NCBI GenBank assembly: GCA_910584805.1
Contig: CAJUCB010000004.1
Span: 1 to 51,217 of the forward strand
Source: an uncultured Oscillospiraceae bacterium
Lineage (GTDB): Bacteria; Bacillota; Clostridia; Oscillospirales; Oscillospiraceae
Length of the DNA: 51,217 nucleotides
Direction of reading: 5' to 3'
The notes under the pieces are model-generated. The model searched no databases and was not told where the DNA came from. It saw only the letters and a program-made list of their open reading frames with translations. The translations under genes were made by a program, and so were the position numbers. This document shows, piece after piece, positions 1 through 8,629 of the stretch (its first letter is position 1; each line of letters opens with the position of its first letter).

Positions 1-38
1 GGGGGCGGGAGCGAGTTCGAGCCTCGTCACTCGCTCCA
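1..38 (+). tRNA. 3' part of a tRNA, probably tRNA-Gly (truncated by window edge)
   Basis: T-arm GCGAG-TTCGAGC-CTCGT (11-27), acceptor 3' strand CACTCGC (28-34), discriminator U35, CCA (36-38). U73 plus a GCG-starting acceptor stem fits bacterial tRNA-Gly. Anticodon is outside the window. Confidence 0.75.
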
Positions 39-74
39 AAAAAAGAGGACTGCTGGAAGCAGTCCTCTTTTTTT
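38..74 (+). terminator. Intrinsic (bidirectional-type) terminator after tRNA
   Basis: AAAAAAAGAGGACTGC-TGGAA-GCAGTCCTCTTTTTTT perfect inverted repeat with A and T tails. Confidence 0.85.
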
Positions 75-213
75 GGGTTCCGGCGGCCCTTGGCCGCCTC
101 CACCCCAGGGGGATTTAACATGCTCGGTCGGGCAAAGCCCTCCCTGCGCAATTCTCCGCTTCGCTACGAATTTACGGCGCACCTGCGCCGCGGCCCAGAA
201 GGGCCGTTTTTTT
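75..213. repeat. Hairpin-rich REP-like intergenic element
   Basis: Serial short palindromes GGCGGCC-ctt-GGCCGCC, GGGC-aaa-GCCC, GGCGCA-cc-TGCGCC, CGGCCC-agaa-GGGCCG, then a T run; no credible ORF. Confidence 0.5.
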
Positions 214-601
214 ATTCTAAACCAACAAAGACGTTCCTTCCCGGCAAGTAGAGGACAATGGAAAGACAAAAGCCAACAAGTCACCAAAACCGAAGCAAGC
301 CCCAACCTATCCTCTCCCCTACCACTTCCTAGATGGGAACGAGCCAATCCGAGAGAAAAAGCGAGAAAATGGGAATCCCAGCCACCTTCCAGCACCGGCA
401 CAACGCACCCACCTTGTGGCCGGTGGCTCCGGCCCGGTCGGCCCACGGGCGGTGGACGGAAGCACCAGACAGGTCGGGCGCTAAGTCCCCCGCACGGAAC
501 ACCTCCCAGTCCCGCCCCCGCAGTTTTTTTCCGTCCTCTTTTTTTCTGAAAAAAAGAGGACACAAGGGCCCGCACTGTGCGGGAATCAAAAACAACGGGG
601 C

Positions 602-630
602 TTGTCCAATCCAACAAATCGTAGTACAAT
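602..630 (+). promoter_or_regulatory. Putative sigma-A promoter for the DUF1836-tatD operon
   Basis: TTGTCC-N17-TACAAT. Confidence 0.55.
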
Positions 631-687
631 AAGAACAAAAAAGAACCCTGCCCCCAGGCCCCCAAGGGCCAGAAAGTGAGAACCCCC

Positions 688-1341
688 ATGAGTTACGATA
701 AAGACCTGGTGGCCCATAAGCTGATCCGCTGGGAGAACTATTTGAACAACTATAAGCTCCCCGCCTGGAAAGAGCTGCCGGACATCGGCCTGTATATGGA
801 CCAGGTGATCGCCCTCCTGGGCCAATACCTGGACTTCATCCCCGTGGAGGACCAAAAGGATAAGCCCGTCACCTCCACCACCATCAACAATTACGTCCGC
901 CTAAAGGTGATGCCCGCCCCGGAGAAACGGAAATACTACCGGATTCACATCGCCTACATGATTATGATCTTCACCCTAAAACAGGGCACCAGCATCAGCA
1001 GCCTCCAAAAGCTCCTCCCCGCCGGGGGGGACGAGGAAGAGGTGCGCAACTTCTACACCAGCTATATCCAGCGGGTCCAGCAGGTGGGGAACTTCTACAC
1101 CGCCCAGACCCGTGCCGCCGCCCAAAGCATCCTCAACGCCCAGGGGGAGGAGGAAGGGGGGGCCGTGGAGGACTTCATCCTCCAAAGCGTGCTCATGTCC
1201 GGCTTCTCCCAGATTTTGGGGGAAAAGCTCCTGAACCTCCGGGACGCGGACCCGGAACGGGTGCTGGCTCAGGAGGCCCTCAGCGACAGCCGGGGCCTCC
1301 ACCCCATCGCCCTGCCCCCCAATAAGGGAAAGGAGAAATGA
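688..1341 (+). CDS. DUF1836 domain-containing protein
   Basis: Motifs LP.WKELPDIGLYMDQVI and TINNYVRLKVMPAPEKRKY; ATG at 688. Confidence 0.85.
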   Translation: MSYDKDLVAHKLIRWENYLNNYKLPAWKELPDIGLYMDQVIALLGQYLDFIPVEDQKDKPVTSTTINNYVRLKVMPAPEKRKYYRIHIAYMIMIFTLKQGTSISSLQKLLPAGGDEEEVRNFYTSYIQRVQQVGNFYTAQTRAAAQSILNAQGEEEGGAVEDFILQSVLMSGFSQILGEKLLNLRDADPERVLAQEALSDSRGLHPIALPPNKGKEK

Positions 1342-1345
1342 CGCC

Positions 1346-2107
1346 ATGCTCTTTGATACCCACGCCCATTACTACGACCAGGCCTTCGACGGGGACCGGG
1401 ACGCCGTCCTAGCCGCCCTGCCCGAGAGCGGGGTGGGGCTGGTGCTCTGCCCCGCCTGTGACCTGGAAAGCTGCCGCGCCGCCATCCAGCTGGCGGAGGC
1501 CTACCCATACGTGTACGCCGCCGTAGGCATCCACCCCGAGGACGCCCTGGGCCTGCCCCCGGACTGGCTCCAACAGGTGGAGGCCATGAGCCGCCACCCC
1601 AAGGTGAAGGCCATCGGGGAAATCGGCCTGGACTACTACTGGAAGGAGGTCCCCCACGACCTGCAAAAGGAGGTGTTCCAGGCCCAGCTCTCCCTGGCCC
1701 AGCGCCTGGACCTGCCAGTAATTGTCCACGACCGGGAGGCCCACGGGGACTGCCTGTCCATCGTCCGGGCGTTCCCCGGGGCCCGGGGGGTGTTCCACTG
1801 CTACTCCGGCAGCGCCGAGGACGCCAAAACCCTGGTGGCCCTGGGCTGGCACCTGTCCTTTACCGGCACCATTACCTTCAAGAACGCCCGGAAGGGCCCG
1901 GAGGTGGTGGCGGCGGTGCCCATGGAGCGGCTCATGGTGGAGACCGACGCCCCCTACATGGCCCCCGTCCCCTTCCGGGGGAAGCGCTGCGACTCCCGCT
2001 ATGTCTACCGCATGGCGGAGGCCATCGGGGACATCAAGGGCCTGCCGGTGGAGGAGGTGGCCCGGATCACCACAGAGAACGGGAAACGCCTCTTTGGCAT
2101 TGACTGA
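1346..2107 (+). CDS. tatD: TatD family hydrolase/DNase
   Basis: DTHAH, GIHP, AIGEIGLDYY, HDREAH, HCYSG, ETDAPY motifs. Confidence 0.95.
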   Translation: MLFDTHAHYYDQAFDGDRDAVLAALPESGVGLVLCPACDLESCRAAIQLAEAYPYVYAAVGIHPEDALGLPPDWLQQVEAMSRHPKVKAIGEIGLDYYWKEVPHDLQKEVFQAQLSLAQRLDLPVIVHDREAHGDCLSIVRAFPGARGVFHCYSGSAEDAKTLVALGWHLSFTGTITFKNARKGPEVVAAVPMERLMVETDAPYMAPVPFRGKRCDSRYVYRMAEAIGDIKGLPVEEVARITTENGKRLFGID

Positions 2108-2140
2108 ACCTGGGGAACAGGAGAAAAAGGAGGAAGTACC

Positions 2141-2752
2141 ATGCAAGGGGATATCATCACCTACGATTACTTCGGCAGCCTCTATATCAACATGACCAAC
2201 CGCTGTGACTGCCACTGTGTCTTTTGCATCCGGGACGAGGACAGCTCCGCCCTGGGTGGCCTCTGGCTCCAGGAGGAGCCCAGCCGGGAGGCGGTGCTAG
2301 AGGACATCTTGTCCAAGGACCTGTCCCAGTACAGTGAGATCGTCTTTTGCGGCTATGGGGAGCCCACCTGCCGGGCGGACGACATGCTGTGGCTGTGCGA
2401 CCAGCTCCACGCCGCGAAGCGTGCCGACCTGCCCCCCATCCGCCTGAACACCAACGGCCACGGCAGCCTCATCAACCACCGGAACATCGCCCCGGAGCTG
2501 AAGGGGCGGCTGGACGCGGTGTCTGTGTCCTTAAACGGTTCCAACCAGGAGGAATACCTCCGCCTCACCCGGCCGGGGTCCGGGGAAAAGGGCTGGGACG
2601 CCATGCTGGACTTCGTCCGGGAGGCGGTAAAGTATGTCCCCCGGGTGATGGTGACCATCGTGGACTACGACAAGACCCCGGCGGAGATTGCCGCCTGCCG
2701 GGCCTTGGCGGAGGGTTTGGGGGCCCAGTTCCGGGTCCGGCCCTACGGCTGA
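2141..2752 (+). CDS. TatD-associated radical SAM protein
   Basis: CxxxCxxC (CDCHCVFC), FCGYGEP, RLNTNG; AAGGAGG RBS; directly downstream of tatD. Confidence 0.9.
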   Translation: MQGDIITYDYFGSLYINMTNRCDCHCVFCIRDEDSSALGGLWLQEEPSREAVLEDILSKDLSQYSEIVFCGYGEPTCRADDMLWLCDQLHAAKRADLPPIRLNTNGHGSLINHRNIAPELKGRLDAVSVSLNGSNQEEYLRLTRPGSGEKGWDAMLDFVREAVKYVPRVMVTIVDYDKTPAEIAACRALAEGLGAQFRVRPYG

Positions 2753-2763
2753 GGGGGCGGGCG

Positions 2764-3435
2764 ATGTACCGCATCCTTGTGGTGGAGGACGACTTCTCCA
2801 TGGCCCAGGTGCTCCAACAGGAGCTGACCCGCTGGGGGTACGGGGTGCGCCTGGTGGAGGATTTCCAAGCCGTCATCCCCAGCTTTGTGGACTACGACCC
2901 CCACCTGGTCCTCCTGGACATCATGCTCCCCTTTTACAACGGCTACCACTGGTGCAGTGAGATCCGCAAGCTCTCCAACGTCCCGGTGGTGTTCCTCTCC
3001 TCCGCCTCGGACAACATGAACATCGTCATGGCCATGAACATGGGGGGCGACGACTTCCTCCCCAAGCCTGTGGACCTGGCGGTGCTCACCGCCAAGCTCC
3101 AAGCCATCCTCCGGCGCAGCTATGACCTCAGCGGCCAGGTGCCGGTGATGGAGCACCGGGGGGTGGTGCTGAACTTGAACGACGCCTCCCTGCGCTACCA
3201 GGACCAGCGCTTGGAGCTGAGCAAGAACGAGTTCCGCATTTTACAGACCTTGCTGGAACACAAGGGCAAGGTGGTCAGCCGGGACACCCTCATGACCAAG
3301 CTCTGGCAGATGGACTGCTATGTGGAGGAGAACACCCTCACCGTCAACGTGGCCCGCCTGCGCAAGAAGCTGGAAGGGGTGGGCCTGCGGGATTTTATCC
3401 GTACCCGGGTGGGTGCGGGGTATATCGTGGAGTGA
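2764..3435 (+). CDS. OmpR-family response regulator, BceR/GraR-like
   Basis: ILVVEDD, LLDIMLP, FLSS, GGDDFLPKP receiver motifs; wHTH NTLTVNVARLRKKL...GYIV. Confidence 0.93.
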   Translation: MYRILVVEDDFSMAQVLQQELTRWGYGVRLVEDFQAVIPSFVDYDPHLVLLDIMLPFYNGYHWCSEIRKLSNVPVVFLSSASDNMNIVMAMNMGGDDFLPKPVDLAVLTAKLQAILRRSYDLSGQVPVMEHRGVVLNLNDASLRYQDQRLELSKNEFRILQTLLEHKGKVVSRDTLMTKLWQMDCYVEENTLTVNVARLRKKLEGVGLRDFIRTRVGAGYIVE

Positions 3436-3439
3436 TACC

Positions 3440-4434
3440 ATGAGAGAGAACCATGTTCTGGGCTGGTACGGGCGGGAGCGGGGGCCGCTCTGGCTGGTGT
3501 TCGCCCTGTTCGCCGGCATTTCGCCCTGGTGTTTGGCCTGTACGGGCTTAGCCTCAAGGTGGTGGCCTACCCGGCCCTGCTGTGCCTGTTCCTGGGTCTG
3601 GTGCTGCTGGCGCTGGACTTCTGGCACTACCGCTCCCGTCACCGGCAGCGGCAGGCCTTACGGGAGGACATTGAGCTGAATCTGGACCGCCTCCCTCTGC
3701 CGGAGACCCTGGCGGAAGCGGAGCTGGGGGAGATGCTGCAGGCCCTGGGGGCCCTGCGCAGCGCCCAGATATCCGCCAGCCGGGCCCAGGAGCAGGAGAG
3801 CTTGGACTATTACGCCGCCTGGGTCCACCAGATCAAGACTCCCATTGCCGCCATGGGGATGCTCCTGCAAGGGGAGGACAGCGAGGAGCACCGGGCCCTG
3901 CAAGGGGAGCTCTTCCGCATTGAGCAGTATGTGGAGATGGTGCTATCTTACCTGCGCCTGCGGGGGGAGGGCACGGACTTCGTGTTCCGGGAGGTGGCGT
4001 TGGACGGGGTGATCCGCCAGGCGGTGCGCAAGTTTGCCCCCCAGTTTGTGCGCAAGCGCATCCGCCTGCGCTATGAGGAGACCCAGGAGCGGGTGCTCAC
4101 CGACGAGAAGTGGCTCCATTTCATTCTGGAACAGCTTCTGTCCAACGCCATCAAGTACACCCCCAGCGGGGAGATTGCCATTACCGTCCAGGACAAGGTC
4201 CTCACCGTGGCGGACAGCGGCATAGGCATTGCTCCGGAGGACCTGCCCCGGATTTTTGAACGGGGCTTCACCGGCTACAACGGCCACGCGGACAAAAAGG
4301 CCACAGGCCTGGGGCTGTACCTGTGCCAGCAGGCGGCCCGGCGGCTGGGGATTGCCATCACCGTGGAGTCCGTGGTGGGGCAGGGCAGTGCCTTCCACCT
4401 GGACTTGCATACAGAACAGCTAGAGGTAGAATAA
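3440..4434 (+). pseudogene. BceS/GraS-like intramembrane-sensing histidine kinase with apparent 1-bp frameshift near 3519-3521
   Basis: N-terminus MRENHVLGWY...LVFALFAGI (from 3440) and body VFGLYG...WVHQIKTP...NAIKY...DSGIGI...GLGLY lie in different frames; one extra T in ATTT restores GIFALVFGLY. Confidence 0.8.
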
Positions 4435-4465
4435 AAGCCGCCGCTGATGAAACAGCGGCGGCTTT
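4434..4465. terminator. Bidirectional terminator hairpin
   Basis: AAAGCCGCCGCTG-atgaaa-CAGCGGCGGCTTT. Confidence 0.8.
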
Positions 4466-4499
4466 CAGGACGCCCCAAAGGGCTTTGCCTTATGACCAC

Positions 4500-4590
4500 A
4501 AAGGCGTGCTGACTGCCCGGTGGGACGAGCAGTCAGCATAATTCGTTTGCTGCATGTTTGAGCTGACCGTCGTAACAGCGCCCTTCTGCG
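4500..4590 (-). ncRNA. Putative small RNA (antitoxin-like); ends approximate
   Basis: Lies downstream of a near-consensus minus-strand promoter and contains the hairpin TGCTGACTGC...GCAGTCAGCA (4507-4538); no credible ORF. Confidence 0.45.
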
Positions 4591-4593
4591 TCT

Positions 4594-4622
4594 AGTATAC
4601 CCATCCGCAGTCACTTTGTCAA
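4594..4622 (-). promoter_or_regulatory. Near-consensus sigma-A promoter
   Basis: Minus strand TTGACA-N17-TATACT. Confidence 0.8.
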
Positions 4623-4645
4623 GGCCGAAACGGCGGTGGGAGGTT

Positions 4646-5470
4646 TTAGAGTAAACCCTCCCGGCCCAGCACGGCAATGACTTCATCCCGTTTCATGGGC
4701 CGCTCCGGGGCGGTGTTGTCCACCACGCCGGCCTCCACCGCCCGCTTCCAGTGGCCCTCCTGGCGGCTCCACTCCGGTTCCGCCAGGGTGGCGGCGTGGG
4801 CGTTGGCCTTTTCCAGGAGCTGGTAGGCCTGCTGGTTGGTCATCTTCCCAATCATCTCGTCGATGGTCATGTCAAGGTCGTCCTCCTTTTCCAGTTCCGC
4901 CGCCACGTCGGCGCGGAAATCGTCCATGCTCTTGCCGTGCTTGGGGAACCAGTGCAGCACGTCGCCGTGGTTGGAGGCAATGCCCCGCTGGTGGCCCTCG
5001 GCGTGGCAGAGCACCACCCCGTCTTTCCGGGGGTCCAGGCCGTAGGCCTTGCAGAGATAGGCCGTCAGCTCCACGGCCTCCCGGTAGACCGCCTGGAAAT
5101 ATTGCCGGTCCACCAAGCCGTCCTCGCAGATTTCAAAGCCCAGATACCCCATGTCGTTGGCAGAGCCCTTGGCCCCCTTGCCGGAGTGCCAGCCCCGGTA
5201 GGTCCAGGGCAGGGTCTGGTAGGTGGCGATGGTGCCGTCGGCCAGCTGCCCAATGAACGCGTGGACGCAGACCTTCTTGCCGTCGGGGTAGAGCTGGTTC
5301 CAGTGGTTCCCGTTGGGGTTCTCCCCCAGGTGGCCGTCGTCCGGCTGGACATAGCGCCGCAGGGTGGGGTTGTTGGCCCCGGTGGAGTGGACCATAACCC
5401 CCCGGGGCTGAATCTCCACCGCCGCCTCGTAACAGGCGTTCTTCGTCAAAAACCAGGGTTTCAGTTTCAT
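4646..5470 (-). CDS. N-acetylmuramoyl-L-alanine amidase (Amidase_2, endolysin-like) with SLH-like C-terminus
   Basis: VMVHSTGA, VHAFIG, GWHSG, GFEICED, CHAEG...SNHGD Zn-amidase motifs; GGAGG RBS; no signal peptide visible. Confidence 0.88.
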   Translation of the reverse strand: MKLKPWFLTKNACYEAAVEIQPRGVMVHSTGANNPTLRRYVQPDDGHLGENPNGNHWNQLYPDGKKVCVHAFIGQLADGTIATYQTLPWTYRGWHSGKGAKGSANDMGYLGFEICEDGLVDRQYFQAVYREAVELTAYLCKAYGLDPRKDGVVLCHAEGHQRGIASNHGDVLHWFPKHGKSMDDFRADVAAELEKEDDLDMTIDEMIGKMTNQQAYQLLEKANAHAATLAEPEWSRQEGHWKRAVEAGVVDNTAPERPMKRDEVIAVLGREGLL

Positions 5471-5551
5471 GCTGTTTCCTCCGTTCCCTCCATTGTATTC
5501 CAAATACCGCCAGGGCGTGCCCCCAGGGGAACAGTTTAGAAAGCCTTAAGA

Positions 5552-5573
5552 GCTGTGACAAAACTGTCACAGC
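5552..5573. promoter_or_regulatory. BceR-type operator upstream of the ABC transporter
   Basis: GCTGTGACA-aaac-TGTCACAGC inverted repeat resembling the TNACA-N4-TGTAA motif of Bce-like regulators; -10 TATACT at 5625-5630. Confidence 0.75.
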
Positions 5574-5698
5574 CAGCCCCCCAACTGTCACCGGATTCGA
5601 TGTCGAAGCCGGTGGCGTTTCTTGTATACTAGGCTTGCAATGAGGGGGCGGGACGGCTCCCGGGAAAACGGAACCACACGTCAAAGGAGGTCATTTCT

Positions 5699-6463
5699 AT
5701 GGCTATGTTAGAAGTTTCCTGTTTGAAAAAGATCTACACCACCCGTTTTGGCGGGAACCGTGTCCAGGCCCTGCGCAGCGTGTCCTTTTCTGTGGAGAAG
5801 GGGGAGTATGTGGCCATCATGGGGGAGTCCGGCTCCGGCAAGACCACGTTGTTGAACATCCTGGCGGCCCTGGACCAGCCCACGGAGGGCAAGGTATTCC
5901 TGGAAGGGCGGGACCTTTCCAGCGTGAAGGAGCGGGACCTGGCCGCCTTCCGCCGGGACAACCTGGGCTTTGTGTTCCAGGACTTCAACCTCTTGGACAC
6001 CTTCAGCTTAGAGGACAACATCTACCTCCCCCTGGTCCTGGCGGGGGTGGAGGTCCGGGAGATGCAGGAGCGTTTGTCCCCCATCGCCAAGACCCTGGGC
6101 ATCACCAGCCTATTGAAGAAGTACCCCTATGAGGTCTCTGGGGGCCAGAAGCAGCGGGCCGCCGTGGCCCGGGCCCTGATTACCCGGCCGAAGCTCCTCC
6201 TGGCCGACGAACCCACCGGGGCCCTGGACTCCAAGGCCACCGACGAGCTTTTAGGCCTCTTCGCCCAGGTGAACCGCCTGGGGCAGACCCAGCTGATGGT
6301 CACCCACTCCGTAAAGGCCGCCAGCCACGCGGGACGGGTGCTGTTCATCAAGGACGGCGAGGTGTTCCACCAGCTCTACCGGGGGGAGAGCAGCAACCAG
6401 CAGTTCTATCAAAAAATTGCCGACACCCTCACGGTGCTCTCCACAGGAGGTGAGCAGGCATGA
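5699..6463 (+). CDS. ABC transporter ATP-binding protein, BceA-like
   Basis: GESGSGKT, VSGGQKQR, LLADEPTGALD; AAGGAGG RBS. Confidence 0.95.
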   Translation: MAMLEVSCLKKIYTTRFGGNRVQALRSVSFSVEKGEYVAIMGESGSGKTTLLNILAALDQPTEGKVFLEGRDLSSVKERDLAAFRRDNLGFVFQDFNLLDTFSLEDNIYLPLVLAGVEVREMQERLSPIAKTLGITSLLKKYPYEVSGGQKQRAAVARALITRPKLLLADEPTGALDSKATDELLGLFAQVNRLGQTQLMVTHSVKAASHAGRVLFIKDGEVFHQLYRGESSNQQFYQKIADTLTVLSTGGEQA

Positions 6464-8475
6464 AGCTCTATCCCAAGCTGGCCCTGAGCAGCTTTCGCAA
6501 GAATGGCCGCTTCTACCTCCCCTATATCCTCACCTGCGCCGGGATGGTGCTGATGTGCTACATCGTCCGCTACCTGGGGGGCCTGCCCCAGCTGGATACC
6601 GTCCGGGGCGGGGCCATGGTGAAGAGCTGCCTGGGGATGGGCGTGTCCATCATCGGCCTGTTTTCCGTGATTTTCCTCTTTTACACCAACGCGTTCCTCA
6701 TGCGCCGCAGGAAGATGGAGTTTGGTCTGTACAATATCCTGGGCCTGAGCAAGGGCAACCTGAGTATGCTCCTGCTGGTGGAGACGGTTATGATTGCCGT
6801 CCTCTCCCTGGTGCTGGGGCTGGCGGGGGGCATTGCCCTGAGCAAGCTCACGGAGCTGCTCCTTCTGCGCCTGGTGGGCGGGGAGAGCGGCTACGGCCTG
6901 CTGGTGGACCTAAACGCCCTGGGCAGCTGCCTGGCTCTCTTCGGGGTCATTTTCGTCCTGCTGTACCTGAACAGCCTGTGGCAGCTGCGCCGGGCCAATG
7001 CCATTGCCCTGCTGCACAGTGAGACGGTGGGGGAGAAGCCGCCCAAAGCCAACTATCTCCTGGCCCTAGGGGGCCTGGTGCTGCTGGGCGGGGCCTATTA
7101 CGTCTCTGTCACCATTGAGGACCCCATCTCGGCCCTGGGGCTGTTCTTCTTTGCTGTGGGGGTGGTGATTGTGGCCACCTACCTGCTGTTCATCTCCGGG
7201 TCCGTGACCCTGTGCCGGGCCTTGCAAAAGAACAAGCGGTATTATTATAAGAAACAGCACTTCATCTCCGTGTCCTCCATGGCCTACCGGATGAAGCGCA
7301 ACGGTGCGGGCCTGGCGTCCGTGTGCATCCTCAGCACCATGGTGCTGGTGATGATGGCGGGGAGCTGCTGCCTGTACTTCGGCACCGAGGGCAGCCTGAT
7401 GAACCGCTACCCCAGGGAGCTGAACTTGCGCCTGGACTTTGAGACCACGGCGGACCTGTCCCTGCGGGAGGGGGTCCGGGGAAAGATTGACGGCTTCCTG
7501 GACCAGCAGGGCGTTACCCCGGAGAATCCCAGGGAACTCATCATGGCCAACTGTTCCGGCATCCTGGAGGGGAACAAGGTTGTCACCAATTCCGAGGGCT
7601 ATGGGGTGGTCAGCCTAACTACAGCGGACTTGCGCACCATCTATTTCATCCCTTTGGAGGAGTACAACCGTGGCCTGGGCCTCCAGGAGACCTTGGAGCC
7701 GGGGCAAGCCCTGGTGTACGGCCTCTCTGCCCAGGAATATCCCAGCCTGGACATCGGGGGGGCGGTCACCCTGGAACTGGTGAAAACCGTACCGGAGATG
7801 CTCACCGTAGGGGGTTCCACTGTGGATGTGGCCCCCAGCCTCTTCCTGGTGGTGCCGGAGCTGGGGCCGGTGCTGGACCAGTTGAACACTCTGCCGGAGT
7901 TCTCCCAGCGCTTTACCATCCATCCCATCTGGGAGTACGCCTTTGACGCCGGGTTGGAGCCGGAGGCGGAGTTGACCCTGGCCCAGGACCTGAAGGACCT
8001 GCTCTGGGATGGGGCGGAAGCGGGGCAGTATAGCGTTGGCGTGGATTCCCGGGAGGCCAACCGGGGGGATTTTGTGGCCACCTACGGGGCCGTCCTCTTC
8101 CTGGGCGTCCTGCTGACGGTGGTGTTCCTCTTTGCCACCGTGCTCATCCTCTACTACAAGCAGATCACCGAGGGCTATGAGGATCAATCCCGCTTCGGGA
8201 TTATGCAGAAGGTGGGCATGAGCAAGGGGGATATCCGGAAAAGCGTCAATTCCCAACTGCTGACGGTGTTTTTCCTGCCCCTGGCGGTGGCCCTGACCCA
8301 CCTGGCCTTTTCCTTCCCCATGGTGCGGAGAATCCTAATGCTCTTCAACCTCTGGGACCTGTCTCTGCTGCTGACCATCACCGGAATCACCGTGGTGGTG
8401 TTCGCCCTGCTGTACTTCCTGGTGTACACCATCACCGCCCGGATGTATTACCGCATTGTGGCAGACGGACGGTAA
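6460..8475 (+). CDS. ABC transporter permease, BceB-like (FtsX family)
   Basis: RRKMEFGLYNILG, about 10 hydrophobic segments with a large extracellular loop, LYYKQITEG; ATGA overlap with the ATPase gene. Confidence 0.92.
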   Translation: MKLYPKLALSSFRKNGRFYLPYILTCAGMVLMCYIVRYLGGLPQLDTVRGGAMVKSCLGMGVSIIGLFSVIFLFYTNAFLMRRRKMEFGLYNILGLSKGNLSMLLLVETVMIAVLSLVLGLAGGIALSKLTELLLLRLVGGESGYGLLVDLNALGSCLALFGVIFVLLYLNSLWQLRRANAIALLHSETVGEKPPKANYLLALGGLVLLGGAYYVSVTIEDPISALGLFFFAVGVVIVATYLLFISGSVTLCRALQKNKRYYYKKQHFISVSSMAYRMKRNGAGLASVCILSTMVLVMMAGSCCLYFGTEGSLMNRYPRELNLRLDFETTADLSLREGVRGKIDGFLDQQGVTPENPRELIMANCSGILEGNKVVTNSEGYGVVSLTTADLRTIYFIPLEEYNRGLGLQETLEPGQALVYGLSAQEYPSLDIGGAVTLELVKTVPEMLTVGGSTVDVAPSLFLVVPELGPVLDQLNTLPEFSQRFTIHPIWEYAFDAGLEPEAELTLAQDLKDLLWDGAEAGQYSVGVDSREANRGDFVATYGAVLFLGVLLTVVFLFATVLILYYKQITEGYEDQSRFGIMQKVGMSKGDIRKSVNSQLLTVFFLPLAVALTHLAFSFPMVRRILMLFNLWDLSLLLTITGITVVVFALLYFLVYTITARMYYRIVADGR

Positions 8476-8538
8476 CCGCAGCTGGAAATGCCCACCAGGG
8501 TGTGGTCGCTTTGGGGCAGCTGTGGTACAATGATAAGA

Positions 8539-8578
8539 AAAAACGCTGTGGACGGGGTTTCCGTCCACAGCGTTTTTC
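8539..8578. terminator. Bidirectional terminator between convergent units
   Basis: AAAAACGCTGTGGACGG-ggttt-CCGTCCACAGCGTTTTT. Confidence 0.85.
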
Positions 8579-8629
8579 TGTCTGTCCTAGGCCTGGGGAA
8601 ACGGCCGCAGCGGTCTCCCGGGGTGCCGT

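Noticed and set aside
1..10. GGGGGCGGGA is the exact reverse complement of 510-519 and is an atypical tRNA variable-region sequence
   Set aside because: Only 10 bp of low-complexity GC at the window edge; cannot be distinguished from chance
27..689. ORFs of 88-220 aa over the tRNA-downstream region
   Set aside because: They run through the terminator and palindromes and have no RBS or recognisable domain
4447..4512. 21-aa ORF MKQRRLSGRPKGLCLMTTKAC as a functional type I toxin
   Set aside because: No hydrophobic TM stretch, no well-spaced RBS, and the start lies in a terminator loop; at most a remnant
4646..5470. Prophage call around the amidase
   Set aside because: No holin, structural, integrase or replication genes in the window
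8521..8531. Extended -10-like TGTGGTACAAT after the permease gene
   Set aside because: Immediately followed by a terminator with no gene or clear -35
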